NCBI GenBank assembly: GCA_019057385.1
Contig: JAHQJS010000004.1
Span: 514,118-578,117, forward strand
Direction: 5' to 3'
Length of the DNA: 64,000 nt
DNA from: Candidatus Borrarchaeum weybense
GTDB taxonomy: Archaea > Asgardarchaeota > Sifarchaeia > Borrarchaeales > Borrarchaeaceae
A model generated the notes under the pieces. It did not search any database, had not been told where the DNA came from, and saw only the letters and a list, made by a program, of their open reading frames with translations. Of this stretch, positions 49,478 through 59,907 are shown one piece after another. Numbering within the stretch: position 1 is the stretch's first letter; every line of letters begins with the position of its first letter. A program made the translations under genes and the position numbers.

Positions 49478-50623
49478 ATGCTAGAAACAGAATGTAAACG
49501 ATTGTTCCTTTCTGGGAATGAAGCGCTGTGTGAGGGGGCTCTTTATGCAGGATGCGACTTTTATGCAGGATACCCGATTACACCCGCGTCAGAAATCATT
49601 GAAATTTTATCTAAGCGCATGCCGGCATTAGGAAGAGTATCGATGCAACTTGAAGACGAAATAAGTTCACTCGCGGCAGTCATTGGGGCATCTCTAGCAG
49701 GGGCAAAAGCAATGACGGCTACTTCTGGTCCTGGTGTGTCTTTAATGTTAGAGAATTTAGGTTTGGCGGTTATGTGTGAGGTTCCGCTCGTTTTAGTAAA
49801 TATTATGCGCGGGGGTCCAAGTACAGGGCTGCCGACAAAACCGGCACAGGGAGACGTTATGCAGGCTAGATATGGATCTCATGGAGATTATGAACTTGTA
49901 GCATTGATTCCTAATTCTGTACAAGAATCATTTGACTTAATAATAGATGCATTTAACATATCAGAAATGCTTAGGACTCCTGTAATCCTCTTATCTTCGG
50001 CAGATGTCGCACATATGCGAGAGACGGTTTTCATTCCTGAAGAAGGTACAATTCCTATAATTAATCGAAGAGTACCTTCCAAAGAAAAGACTGATTTCAA
50101 ACCTTTTGATAACAACTCACATGATTTAGTACCACCTATGCCTATTTTCGGTTCAGGTTATAACACACATTACACGGGTCTCACACATGACGAATATGGT
50201 TTCCCTTCTGATGACCCCGTAGTTCATACCAAATTAATTGAACGTCTTAAGAATAAAATTACAAATAAAATCGATGAGATTACAAAAATAGACACAAAAT
50301 ATCTAGAAGATGCTGAATTAATTGTCATCTCGTACGGAAGTCCCTCAAGAGCAGCTCTTCAAGCAATTATGGATGCTAGGAATGAAGGACTAAAGGTTGG
50401 ATATATTCGCTTGATTACTCTTTGGCCATTTCCTCTAGATATACTTAAAAAACTGTGTGAAAGTGCCAATAAACTTCTCGTGTTAGAATTAAACATGGGT
50501 CAAATTGTAAATCAAGTTCGTTTGCTTGGTAACGAAAATGTTTACTTCTATCCTAAACTTGGGGGCACATTATATACACCCATTGAAATTTTGTCAGAAA
50601 TACGGCGGTGTCTGAAAAAATGA
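49478..50623 (+). CDS. korA: 2-oxoacid:ferredoxin oxidoreductase, alpha subunit
   Basis: LSGNEALCEGALYAGCDFYAGYPITPASEI is the typical KorA/PorA N-terminus. The start is taken at MLETECK; the track's start at 49376 adds a non-homologous extension. Confidence 0.85.
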   Translation: MLETECKRLFLSGNEALCEGALYAGCDFYAGYPITPASEIIEILSKRMPALGRVSMQLEDEISSLAAVIGASLAGAKAMTATSGPGVSLMLENLGLAVMCEVPLVLVNIMRGGPSTGLPTKPAQGDVMQARYGSHGDYELVALIPNSVQESFDLIIDAFNISEMLRTPVILLSSADVAHMRETVFIPEEGTIPIINRRVPSKEKTDFKPFDNNSHDLVPPMPIFGSGYNTHYTGLTHDEYGFPSDDPVVHTKLIERLKNKITNKIDEITKIDTKYLEDAELIVISYGSPSRAALQAIMDARNEGLKVGYIRLITLWPFPLDILKKLCESANKLLVLELNMGQIVNQVRLLGNENVYFYPKLGGTLYTPIEILSEIRRCLKK

Positions 50624-51534
50624 TGGAAACAGCTCAAAAAGAAACTAAAGAACGGGAAAAACACCCACTTCAGAAATATTTCAGAAAAGAACGTTTCCCA
50701 ACAATGTTCTGTCCTGGTTGTGGTAACGGAATTGTTATGAGTGCTGTTATGCGGGCAATTGACAACCTAACAAATTTTAACGTCGACAACACGGTTTTTG
50801 TGTCAGGTATTGGTTGTGCAGGGCGTATTCCCGGTTATATTTTAGCTGATTCTGTACATACTACACATGGTAGAGCGATACCCGTAGCTACTGGCATTAA
50901 GATGTTCAACCCAGATTTAGAGATAGTTGTTTTTGGCGGAGACGGAGACATTACCGCCATAGGGGGCAATCATCTTTTACATGCGGCACGTCGCCACATA
51001 GATTTAACTGTTGTGTGCGTAAATAATCTCAACTACGGACTCACTGGTGGTCAATTTTCTCCCACAACACCCGCTGGGGCATCTACTTACACCACACCTT
51101 ATGGCAATATAGAAGGTTTTTTCGATTTTGCAGAACTTGTATCCCTTGCAGGGGCTGCGTATTCAGCACGATGGACAACGAACTACCCCCGTAGAATTAC
51201 GAAGAGTGTTGAAAAAGCTCTTCTCAAAAAGGGTTTTGCATACGTCGAAGTGGTTTCACAATGTCCAACTTCTTTTGGAAGGCATAATGTATCCGCAAAG
51301 CCAAAAGAACTCATGGAATGGCTTAAATCAAACTCAATTCGTGTTGACGAAGTTAGAGATCAGTGCATGTCAAGAAGTGATGTCGAGGGCAAACTTGTTA
51401 TTGGTGAGTTCATAGATGTTGAGTTACCAGAGTTGACCGAAGAATATAAAAAATTAATCGAAGGCATAAAAGACGGCACAATAAAAGCTAAGAAGCCACG
51501 ATTAGATTGGCTCGAACTAGCGATACGTGCATAA
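50608..51534 (+). CDS. korB: 2-oxoacid:ferredoxin oxidoreductase, beta subunit (TPP-binding)
   Basis: FCPGCGNG, GIGC and GGDGD are TPP and Fe-S motifs. The probable true start is the ATG at 50620, which overlaps the korA stop (ATGA). Confidence 0.85.
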   Translation: MSEKMMETAQKETKEREKHPLQKYFRKERFPTMFCPGCGNGIVMSAVMRAIDNLTNFNVDNTVFVSGIGCAGRIPGYILADSVHTTHGRAIPVATGIKMFNPDLEIVVFGGDGDITAIGGNHLLHAARRHIDLTVVCVNNLNYGLTGGQFSPTTPAGASTYTTPYGNIEGFFDFAELVSLAGAAYSARWTTNYPRRITKSVEKALLKKGFAYVEVVSQCPTSFGRHNVSAKPKELMEWLKSNSIRVDEVRDQCMSRSDVEGKLVIGEFIDVELPELTEEYKKLIEGIKDGTIKAKKPRLDWLELAIRA

Positions 51535-51721
51535 TATTAAACTCCTCTTTCCTTTCGGAAAGGTTTTTCTCGCAGATATCAGCTAGACTTTTTATACGTT
51601 TTAAATTTCAAAGTATAGAAAGTCATACTCTTTTTATATGATTTTTCGGATTACCATTACGTGAGAGAATCACCTGTAAGAAGCATGATGATTAAAACCT
51701 AGGACTCTGAGAGGACAAACA

Positions 51722-53254
51722 ATGGCTGATAAAGTTAAAGACGTCCCCCGCAAGCTATTGGATGGCTATCTTAAAAAGTTGGAAACACAAGGAGAAATAG
51801 ATTCTGCCTTCATACGTGAGTCTGTATGGAACGCCAATTGGAAGGAAGAATTACAAACATATCTTTCTTCAAAATCTATGCAATTCTTAGAAAATATTCG
51901 AACTATGGATGAATTACTTGAAAAAATAAAAGAGGTTAATATGAACATAGTTGAAGGAAAACTAAGTGCAGAGATGGCAGAAGTCTTAGTTAGCTATGCA
52001 AAGACTTTAGATGCAATTTCACAATTTCAGGGCTATGAAGATGTCTACGTAGCTTATGAGATCAACGATCCGGTCACTGGCAAAATGATCCCTATTCAGG
52101 ACGAGTATTTGGATATCGCTGTAGCCTTAAGAACCGCAGCAATAGTTTTTGAAGATTTAGTCATTAATTTGCTGCAGAAATCACAGTTATCCTCAGAGAT
52201 TTATGATCGCGTTTCTAATTTATATTTAAAAGCATCTAATCTTTTTCATACATCATCACTTTATTCTTCTTTATTAACAGGTCAATCTATTCCTGAATGT
52301 CTCTTATCAGATCATTTAGAAGCACATGCCTTATGTGCAAGGGCTGAAGCACAACATATTTTAGCTGTAAAAGAAGATAGAGCCCAGAATTTTGCTCATG
52401 CCGCCCAAATTTATGCTGGAGCATCAATTCTTTTTAAGAATGCATCTAACCTTTTTTTGGTTAAGAATAATTCTGAAGAAGCTAATGGTCGATCAAAATT
52501 TGAACTAGGATATTCATGTAACTCTATGGCATTAGCTACTGTAAATGACGACCCCTGTGAAGCTATTGGATATTGGAAACGTGCTATGCATCATTTTGAG
52601 ACTGGCTCGCGTTTGTTTCCCTCAGATCGTATTGATGAAATGTCAACAACTGCAAACAATTTGATAACGACACTTGAACAAAATCTAAACATGGCCAGTA
52701 AAAATTGTGTAGGAACTCCATATTCAGCCGAAGATGTTACTGATTTTGAGGCTAAAGTAGTCGCAAGTGAACCACAGCCAATCATCCAACCTAAACGAGG
52801 TCAGCCTTCCATAATAGTAGAGCAACCTGTAGAACAGCCTGTTATAACAGAAGAGGCAGTCGAAGTAGAAGATGCAGTTGAAGTAGAAGAAACCAGAGTA
52901 GAAGAAACCAGAGCAGAAAAAGCCAGAGTAGAAAAAGCAGTTGTAGTTGAGAAACTGGCTGAACGTATTGAACTGGGTGCGCCTCTTGCGGAAGAATCAG
53001 TAAGTGAATCTGGCGTAACACCAATAGTCCCTATCCCTGGAACGCGTTATGCTGCACAACTTCAAGCAGAAGGAGGCGGAAAATATATTCTAAAAGTCTT
53101 TGCTGGAAAAGAATTGAAGAAGGAAGTCAATTTACGATCTACAGGGCACTACGATATTATGGGGAGTATAGCAAGTTCTGTATCCCTCAATATATCTCCA
53201 CATATCCTGAGCAAGGTCGCACTTTCCCTTAAAAAACTGTTGCAACAAACTTAG
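51722..53254 (+). CDS. Hypothetical protein with a helical N-terminal domain and an acidic tandem-repeat linker
   Basis: ORF only. The repeat EEAVEVEDAVEVEETRVEETRAEKARVEKAVVVEK is encoded by degenerate 15-18-nt tandem units. Confidence 0.5.
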   Translation: MADKVKDVPRKLLDGYLKKLETQGEIDSAFIRESVWNANWKEELQTYLSSKSMQFLENIRTMDELLEKIKEVNMNIVEGKLSAEMAEVLVSYAKTLDAISQFQGYEDVYVAYEINDPVTGKMIPIQDEYLDIAVALRTAAIVFEDLVINLLQKSQLSSEIYDRVSNLYLKASNLFHTSSLYSSLLTGQSIPECLLSDHLEAHALCARAEAQHILAVKEDRAQNFAHAAQIYAGASILFKNASNLFLVKNNSEEANGRSKFELGYSCNSMALATVNDDPCEAIGYWKRAMHHFETGSRLFPSDRIDEMSTTANNLITTLEQNLNMASKNCVGTPYSAEDVTDFEAKVVASEPQPIIQPKRGQPSIIVEQPVEQPVITEEAVEVEDAVEVEETRVEETRAEKARVEKAVVVEKLAERIELGAPLAEESVSESGVTPIVPIPGTRYAAQLQAEGGGKYILKVFAGKELKKEVNLRSTGHYDIMGSIASSVSLNISPHILSKVALSLKKLLQQT

Positions 53255-53683
53255 TCTCAAAGAAAATCAGACATCCGTTGTATTTTCCTATTAACTACTT
53301 CTTTTTTTCAGTATGATCATAACTATCCTTTAATTTGAACTAGTTCTCAAAAGATACCATTTTCAACTGTTTCTGATCTCTAAATAAGTTTTCTCTGGGC
53401 ACTTACAACAAATATGCCCCGTATTTTTTAGACCCTTTGTGATAATCTTGGGTGTCTACTCTTACGCGCGCGAAACGGTAAGATTCCAACTCGCTACCCC
53501 CACACAAAGTCAATCTTCAACACATGACCTCCACCCATGACTGACCTTACCTACTTGTACTGGAAAACCAAATAATTTATAAGGAAGTGATGCTGTATAA
53601 AAGATTTGGACACAACCTAAATTTAGGTAGTGTTCAAAGAAAAGTATTGAACACATAGATCCAAATATTTGGAGGAAATATAT

Positions 53684-53884
53684 ATGGCTAGATTGGCAAT
53701 TGCCCCAGTTCGAGACCTTATGAAAGAGACCGGTGCAAAATTAGTCGCGAAAGACGCTGTAATGAAATTAGTTGAATATTTAGAGGGCCAAATTGAAGCT
53801 ATCACTTCAAAGGCTGTTGGACTCGCAAAACACGCCGGCCGAAAGAAGGTCATGATGAGTGACATCAATCTTGCAATAAAGTAG
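53684..53884 (+). CDS. Archaeal histone (HMf family)
   Basis: MARLAIAPVRDLMKETGAKLVAKDAVMKLVEYLEGQIEAITSKAVGLAKHAGRKKVMMSDINLAIK is a 66-aa histone fold. A GGAGG SD lies 8 nt before this ATG. Confidence 0.9.
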   Translation: MARLAIAPVRDLMKETGAKLVAKDAVMKLVEYLEGQIEAITSKAVGLAKHAGRKKVMMSDINLAIK

Positions 53885-54148
53885 TTGAGATAAACTCGTC
53901 TAAACTTCTTTTTTTTTCCTTTTTTTCCTTATAATCTTTAGATCAAGTGTTACAATTTCAAAAACAAATATTGTTTGGTCTTTTTAGAAACTACAGCATA
54001 TTAGTTCTTTAATTCAATTAAACTAATTCAAGAAAACCAAGACAAAAGCCAATACAAATATATCTTGATCTGTGCTACTGAAGAACAGTTCCTTGTATAA
54101 CAGTGTTTGTTTTTCGTAATCTCTAAATTAGTTTGGTTGGAATATAAT

Positions 54149-54880
54149 ATGAAACATTATCTGAGAATCGGTGGTGTCGTTGAATTATCAACAGTTGACA
54201 TCCCCCAACGAGCATGTAGTGTGGTTTTTTTAGCAGGCTGTAACTTCGATTGTGTTTTCTGCCAAAACTCGACATTAATTCCAGTTAATTCAGGCGAATT
54301 AATAGAACTCACTAAGTTATTAAATGTGATTTACAAGAATATCCTGATAGATTCTGTTTCAATTACCGGTGGTGAACCCCTTTTACAACCTACGTTAATT
54401 CCTCTCTGTCAGGAATTAAAAAAAAGTTTCTATGTAAGCGTGGATACCAATGGATCACTTCCGAGGGTAACATCTGAACTTGTTAATATTGTAGATCGAA
54501 TCGCCTTAGACTTAAAATGTGAATTTTCCCGCTATACATCGATCACTCAGACATCTTCGAATACATTAGAAAATGTTATGCAGAGTTTTAATATAATTAA
54601 CTCTTCAAGCGTTGTCGATTTTGAAGTGAGAACAACGGTTGTTCCTGAGCTTATTATGAAAGATGACATTGAAGCAATCTCAAGATTTTTAGCTAGTCAT
54701 TCTTTTCGCGGCGTATACGTATTACAGCAGTTTTGGAACGAAGGAGATGTACGAGAACTAAAAAATATAACCTCTCCAACAAGAAATAAACTAATTGAGT
54801 TAGCAGAAGTATCAATAAATCAGGGTGTGCAAAAGGTTGCAATAAGAACACGAGAAAAAGGATACGAACTCATTTCATAA
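54149..54880 (+). CDS. Radical SAM activating enzyme (NrdG/PflA-like)
   Basis: FLAGCNFDCVFCQN is the CxxxCxxC cluster motif, and SITGGEPL follows. Confidence 0.75.
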   Translation: MKHYLRIGGVVELSTVDIPQRACSVVFLAGCNFDCVFCQNSTLIPVNSGELIELTKLLNVIYKNILIDSVSITGGEPLLQPTLIPLCQELKKSFYVSVDTNGSLPRVTSELVNIVDRIALDLKCEFSRYTSITQTSSNTLENVMQSFNIINSSSVVDFEVRTTVVPELIMKDDIEAISRFLASHSFRGVYVLQQFWNEGDVRELKNITSPTRNKLIELAEVSINQGVQKVAIRTREKGYELIS

Positions 54881-54929
54881 GCAATGACGTTGAAAAATAA
54901 AAGAAAATTGGAAAAAAAGTTACAAAAAT

Positions 54930-57323
54930 CTATAGGATTTTTAGTTTGCCGATGTTGTTTAGCGTTTGAGTCATCTCTTCAACGGCTCTAGTGAATACAT
55001 TAACCTCTGCGCAGTCAACGAAATACATTTTGAGACGTTCTTCGCTGATACCCATTTGACCAAGTAATATTTGGAGCAGATTTACTCGGAGGTCACCGAT
55101 TTCACTGCCTTTAAGGAAGTGACACCTCTCTTTTAGACAACCAATTACAAGCACGCCATCTGCTCCCTCTTGTAGTGTTGAAAGAACTAACTGTGGGTCA
55201 ACACGAGAGATACAGGGTACCCGTACAATGTAAACACTAGGATCATATTGAAGCCCCATAAAACCTGCTTCATCTGAAGTACCATATGCACATTCATCGC
55301 AAAGGAATGCAATAACTTTCTTTTCAGTACCAGCATTGTATAGTAGACTATTGATTTCAGCCTTTAGTTGTTCTTCAGAGTAGAACTTGAAACTGATCGC
55401 TGCAGATGGACAAGCTGAAACGCATAGACCACATGCATAGCATTTAGCATCTAAGACTTCAGCAGGTCCTAACTCGCCATCTTCTTTTACTCCCATCTCT
55501 ATGGCGGAAAAAGGACATACTTGCTCACAAATTCTGCAGGTGCTGCATTTCTCTTGGTCTACCCAGGCTGTGACCTTATCTTTCTCCATTTCGCGGGTTT
55601 GCATGAGCTTGGCAGCCCTGATGCTCGCTGTACCCGAATATGCCATCGTAGTTGGTATGTCCATCGGTGTTATTGCACAACCGGTTGCAAATATTCCTGC
55701 AACGTTCGTCTCGACGGGGCGAACTTTAGGATCAAGAGGTTTAATGAAGCCATATTCATCCAGTTCAACACCTAACATCTTAGCAAGTTCTGTAGACCCT
55801 TTGGAAGGAACCATTGCCATTGATAAAACCACTACATCAGTCTCAAGAATATTAAATTCCCCAGTTAACGTATTCTCAACTTCTACGAGCAGTTTCTCGG
55901 TTCTCTGATCATCAACCACATAACTTGGTTTTCCTCTCAGGAAGACCACACCTAATTCTCTTGCCTTTCGATAGTATTCCTCATAGTTCTTGCCAACTGG
56001 ACGGATATCCATATAGCATATCGTTATGTCGATCTCTGGATGTTTCTCTTTGATCATTATACTGTGTTTTAATGCAATCATACAGCATGCATTTGAGCAG
56101 TATGGCATATGTGCTTCATCTCTGCTTCCAGCACATTGGATCATCACGACTTTTTGAGGCATGTCTTGATTCGATAGCCTATAGGGCTCACCAAAAGATG
56201 GACCGGTTGGATCTAACATCCTCGCCAACTGAAGTTGAGTGACAACATCTGGAAACATTCCATAACCGTAATTCAGCTTTTTAGCATCATATTCTGCAAA
56301 ACCAGTGGCCATTATAACTGTTCCAAAGGTTTTCTCTACTGTTTTACTTTTTTCTTCTAGATCAATAGCGTTTGTTGGGCAAACTTCCACACATTTTCCG
56401 CACCATATACATGTGTCTGGATCAATTACGTAATATGGCGGAATAGATTGTGGGAATGGGCGGTAAATTGCCTTTCTTTTAGTTAGAAAAAAATTAAAAC
56501 TATTGTCTGCTTCGATAGGGCACACATCTACACATTTATTGCAGTTAATACAATGTTCATTTACATATCTTGGTTTCTTTTCCAAAGTTACCTTAAAGTG
56601 TCCGACTTGACCTTTAACATTCTTTACTTCTGTATTTGTTAAAATCTCCAATTTGTCAAGTGAGCCAAGTCCACCGCGATAGAAGCATCTTCGGGGTCCT
56701 CCAATGTCGTATCCGACTGAACCGGAAGAGCGTACGCAAAGAGAGCAATCATCAGTTGGGTAAACTGTTCCTAATTGAAGCATTCTCCCACCTATTGAAG
56801 GGCGACGTTCAACCAGTGTGACGTCAAATCCAAGATCAGTTAATTCTTGTGCAGCGGTTTCTCCAGCAATTCCACCGCCAATAATTAGTGTAGAAGGTTG
56901 TATCGGAATCTTTATTTTCTCAATGGCTTCAGCCTTTTCCAGCTTCGCCACAGCAGCTAAAATCAATGTTTTAGCTTTTTCTGTTGCTTCTTTTGGCATG
57001 TCTCTATGTACACGAACAACATGATTCTCTAAGTTTACCATTGCTAACGAACTGTATTTATTCATGCCTAATTCTTCGATAACCATCCTAAATGTCGGCT
57101 CATATGCCTTGGGTGAGCACGCAGCAATCACAATTTTTTCTAAATTATTTTCGGTAATCATTTGTTTGATCGTTTCTAAGCCAGATGTCATACAAAAGTC
57201 AGCTTTTCTTAGTATTACAGAGAATTTGCCTGAATCTCGCATAGCTTGTTCAATAGAATCGAAATCAAGTACATCTACAAACTTACCAAAACAATCGCAA
57301 AGTGCAAGACCAATTTTCGTCAA
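54930..57323 (-). CDS. hdrA: Heterodisulfide reductase subunit A-like flavoprotein with a fused C-terminal MvhD domain
   Basis: IIGGGIAGETAA is the FAD-binding motif. There are four CxxCxxCxxxCP ferredoxin motifs. The C-terminal FLCDECAYG...RVPCISRV...GCLKERCHF is MvhD-like. Confidence 0.85.
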   Translation of the reverse strand: MTKIGLALCDCFGKFVDVLDFDSIEQAMRDSGKFSVILRKADFCMTSGLETIKQMITENNLEKIVIAACSPKAYEPTFRMVIEELGMNKYSSLAMVNLENHVVRVHRDMPKEATEKAKTLILAAVAKLEKAEAIEKIKIPIQPSTLIIGGGIAGETAAQELTDLGFDVTLVERRPSIGGRMLQLGTVYPTDDCSLCVRSSGSVGYDIGGPRRCFYRGGLGSLDKLEILTNTEVKNVKGQVGHFKVTLEKKPRYVNEHCINCNKCVDVCPIEADNSFNFFLTKRKAIYRPFPQSIPPYYVIDPDTCIWCGKCVEVCPTNAIDLEEKSKTVEKTFGTVIMATGFAEYDAKKLNYGYGMFPDVVTQLQLARMLDPTGPSFGEPYRLSNQDMPQKVVMIQCAGSRDEAHMPYCSNACCMIALKHSIMIKEKHPEIDITICYMDIRPVGKNYEEYYRKARELGVVFLRGKPSYVVDDQRTEKLLVEVENTLTGEFNILETDVVVLSMAMVPSKGSTELAKMLGVELDEYGFIKPLDPKVRPVETNVAGIFATGCAITPMDIPTTMAYSGTASIRAAKLMQTREMEKDKVTAWVDQEKCSTCRICEQVCPFSAIEMGVKEDGELGPAEVLDAKCYACGLCVSACPSAAISFKFYSEEQLKAEINSLLYNAGTEKKVIAFLCDECAYGTSDEAGFMGLQYDPSVYIVRVPCISRVDPQLVLSTLQEGADGVLVIGCLKERCHFLKGSEIGDLRVNLLQILLGQMGISEERLKMYFVDCAEVNVFTRAVEEMTQTLNNIGKLKIL

Positions 57324-57369
57324 TTTATTTCACCTTAATTTAAATCATTTTTCTGAGGATAATGAAAGA

Positions 57370-58293
57370 TTATATAGCTGGTACTGCTACAGCATCAATT
57401 TTTTCTAACAGTGGTTTTACTTTAATTCTGTGACGTTTGAAGTCGAATTCTTTTGGATCAATGCCGAATGATAAGCCAAGCAGCTGAGGATAGTAAAGCA
57501 CGGAGATTTGGTATGGGACATCATATGAATCTTTGAAAGCTTTTGAGGCCATTTCTTGACCTAAATCGAACTGCAAGAAGCAGAACGGACATAGCACAGA
57601 CATACAATCTGCGCCTACGCGAGCCACTTGTCTTAGTTTTTCCATAACCATCTCTGCAGCTACATTACCGTCAAGAGATTTTGTTCCTGCCCCACAGCAG
57701 TAATCTCGCCTGAGGTACATGACTGAAGTAGCTCCAGTAGCTTCTATAAGTTCATCAAACTTTGTCGGGTTGTGGGGGTCATCAAAAGCAAGAATCTCAC
57801 TTGGTCGTAATAAATGACAACCGTAGTGAGCGGCAACCTTTATATTGTCCAATTTTTTTACTACGTTCCGTTTCAATTTATCTAAGCCTATATCTTCATA
57901 GAAAAATTGAGATATGTGTTTTACTTCTACAGTGCCTTTGTATTCTCGCCCTACTTTGCCTAGATGTTTGTTTACCTTCTCCATTAGTTTAGGTTCATGT
58001 TTTAACTTCACACTAGCAGTTTTTAGTGATTCAAAACAACCAGTACAAAGTGTCATTATATCCATGTTCTGTTCTTCAGCAACGGTTAAATTACGAGTTG
58101 CAAGGGTGAGCCACGTCATATTGTCCATACCTGGGAAACCAATTGGCTCTGGGCAACAGCCGAACCCTTCGATGTCATGAATTAAGTTCTCACTGTCAAG
58201 ATGATTTACAACTCTTCTAAATGAATATTCAAGATGTGGAAGTCTGTTTGGTACCATACAACCAAGAAAAAGTGCATATTCTTTTTCTGTCAT
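57370..58293 (-). CDS. hdrB: Heterodisulfide reductase subunit B (CCG domains)
   Basis: FLGCMVP, GCCPEP and DYCCGAG are CCG-type motifs. Confidence 0.85.
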   Translation of the reverse strand: MTEKEYALFLGCMVPNRLPHLEYSFRRVVNHLDSENLIHDIEGFGCCPEPIGFPGMDNMTWLTLATRNLTVAEEQNMDIMTLCTGCFESLKTASVKLKHEPKLMEKVNKHLGKVGREYKGTVEVKHISQFFYEDIGLDKLKRNVVKKLDNIKVAAHYGCHLLRPSEILAFDDPHNPTKFDELIEATGATSVMYLRRDYCCGAGTKSLDGNVAAEMVMEKLRQVARVGADCMSVLCPFCFLQFDLGQEMASKAFKDSYDVPYQISVLYYPQLLGLSFGIDPKEFDFKRHRIKVKPLLEKIDAVAVPAI

Positions 58294-58890
58294 TTAGGCT
58301 TCCTCCTTTTTCTCTTTTTCCAATTTCTCCATTCGCGCTTTTGCTTCCTCTGCTATTTGTCGTTCTTTTTCTTTCTCCATTTCTTCGTTTCGCATTACCA
58401 TGTCTTTTATTCCTGTTGATTCTGCCAAAGCACGGATTTCGTCGGCTGGCGCTTCAGGAACTTCGGGTAATCCTAACTTCTCCCTTCTTCTATTTATTGC
58501 GCTACTGGGAGGAACGACCTGCCCTGTTTCCAATAGGTTTTTTACTTCACCAACCAAATGTGCAGGAATGTTGCCAATTTTTGACGCTAAGTTCCTGATG
58601 TGTGATAAAATTTCACTCAACTCTACACCTTGCGGGCACTGCTCGGTACACGCGTGGCAGAGCCCACAGAACCAGAGATTTGTATCCTTGATAATTTCGT
58701 CCTTTAGACCGACTAAAACCTCTTGTACGATCCTTCTGGGATTATAAACCTTAGAATATTTGAATGAGGGACAAAAAGCAGCACAGGTTCCGCACTGGTA
58801 ACAATTCTTCAAATGTTCGCATTCAGGTAACTTTGTGAGTTCTTTTATAAATTCATGATTGATCTTTATCTGTTTAGGTCTAGCTACCAT
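58294..58890 (-). CDS. hdrC: Heterodisulfide reductase subunit C (2x[4Fe-4S])
   Basis: CYQCGTCAAFCP and CGLCHACTEQCP. The gene is contiguous with hdrB. Confidence 0.85.
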   Translation of the reverse strand: MVARPKQIKINHEFIKELTKLPECEHLKNCYQCGTCAAFCPSFKYSKVYNPRRIVQEVLVGLKDEIIKDTNLWFCGLCHACTEQCPQGVELSEILSHIRNLASKIGNIPAHLVGEVKNLLETGQVVPPSSAINRRREKLGLPEVPEAPADEIRALAESTGIKDMVMRNEEMEKEKERQIAEEAKARMEKLEKEKKEEA

Positions 58891-59191
58891 GATTTCTTCC
58901 TCCTAAATCCTTTTTTGAACTCTAAAAGGGTATTTCGATAACTTGTTTTATTATTGTAAAAACGATTTTTAGCTTCTCGTCACAATTACATTGATCAAGT
59001 TAATTATCAGTCAATGTGAACTAATTACTTTGATTTATTACCTTTTCTCTTGGCGCATAAAAGAATAAAGAATCTATCATAATCGTTCATTTTGGATTCC
59101 TAAATGCGCTAAGCTATTTTTAAACTAAAAAAAAGACCCTATCAATCTGTAATTACATTTTCGCGTGAATTGCAATATCGAATCTAAGGAC

Positions 59192-59794
59192 TCAAGAACT
59201 GCGAAAATCAGCCTCATCAGAGTAGCCTCTACTCTCATAGTATCCAAGAAAATCATAATCTACTACTTCGATATGTATGAGGTACTTTGCCCATTTGTAA
59301 CCGTACTTTCCAGGCACCACCAACTGCGTCGGCGGATATCCTTCTTGTTTTTTGTCGATGAACTTCCCGTCGCGCTGGAGCGCAATTATAATATCGTCTC
59401 TTAGTGCAGTTTCTGGCGTAAGATCTGTTGAATACGCATCTGCCGCATAGAAAGCAATTTTTACTGCATTATCAGAGATCCCTGCTGTTTCTAAAATATC
59501 TTTTAGAGGGACTCCAGTCCAATCGTGAGTACTAGCACTTACTCCTGTGGGATCGTCTACGCACCAAAGCCTAGCTCTTACTGTCTTAGAGGGCATTTCA
59601 AGAAGATCATTATATGTCAGAGTAAGTGGGGAACTTACCAGACCATCTACTACGAGAACCCATTCGTCATTGTCTTCTTCTGGTATATAATTTCTATCAG
59701 AATTAATAGCGTTCAAAAGAAAAGTGGTTGCTATTAAAGAAGCGCCAATTAAAATTAATACAATAATTGTTACAAAATTCTTCTTCTTCAACAA
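59192..59794 (-). CDS. Membrane-anchored molybdopterin-binding oxidoreductase domain protein (sulfite oxidase / MsrP-like fold)
   Basis: RARLWCVDD...WTGVPLKDIL...PTQLVVPGKYGYKWAKYL resembles the Oxidored_molyb signature. It has an N-terminal TM helix. Confidence 0.6.
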   Translation of the reverse strand: MLKKKNFVTIIVLILIGASLIATTFLLNAINSDRNYIPEEDNDEWVLVVDGLVSSPLTLTYNDLLEMPSKTVRARLWCVDDPTGVSASTHDWTGVPLKDILETAGISDNAVKIAFYAADAYSTDLTPETALRDDIIIALQRDGKFIDKKQEGYPPTQLVVPGKYGYKWAKYLIHIEVVDYDFLGYYESRGYSDEADFRSS

Positions 59795-59907
59795 AAATCA
59801 CTCTATATCTTATGACAGTGGTATTTATTTAGTTGAAAATAAATATTTTTTAAAAATTTCGATTGCAGCACTTCATGCGCTTTGGCTAAAATAAGCACTT
59901 TGACATT

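Noticed and set aside
53623-53868. An 81-aa minus-strand ORF antisense to the histone gene.
   Set aside because: The plus-strand frame encodes a textbook histone fold with an SD, so the antisense ORF is a shadow.
58988-59017. The inverted repeat ACATTGA-N16-TCAATGT upstream of hdrCBA as an operator.
   Set aside because: The arms are only 7 bp in very AT-rich sequence, so a chance occurrence is plausible. It is mentioned under the korAB palindrome but not called as a feature.
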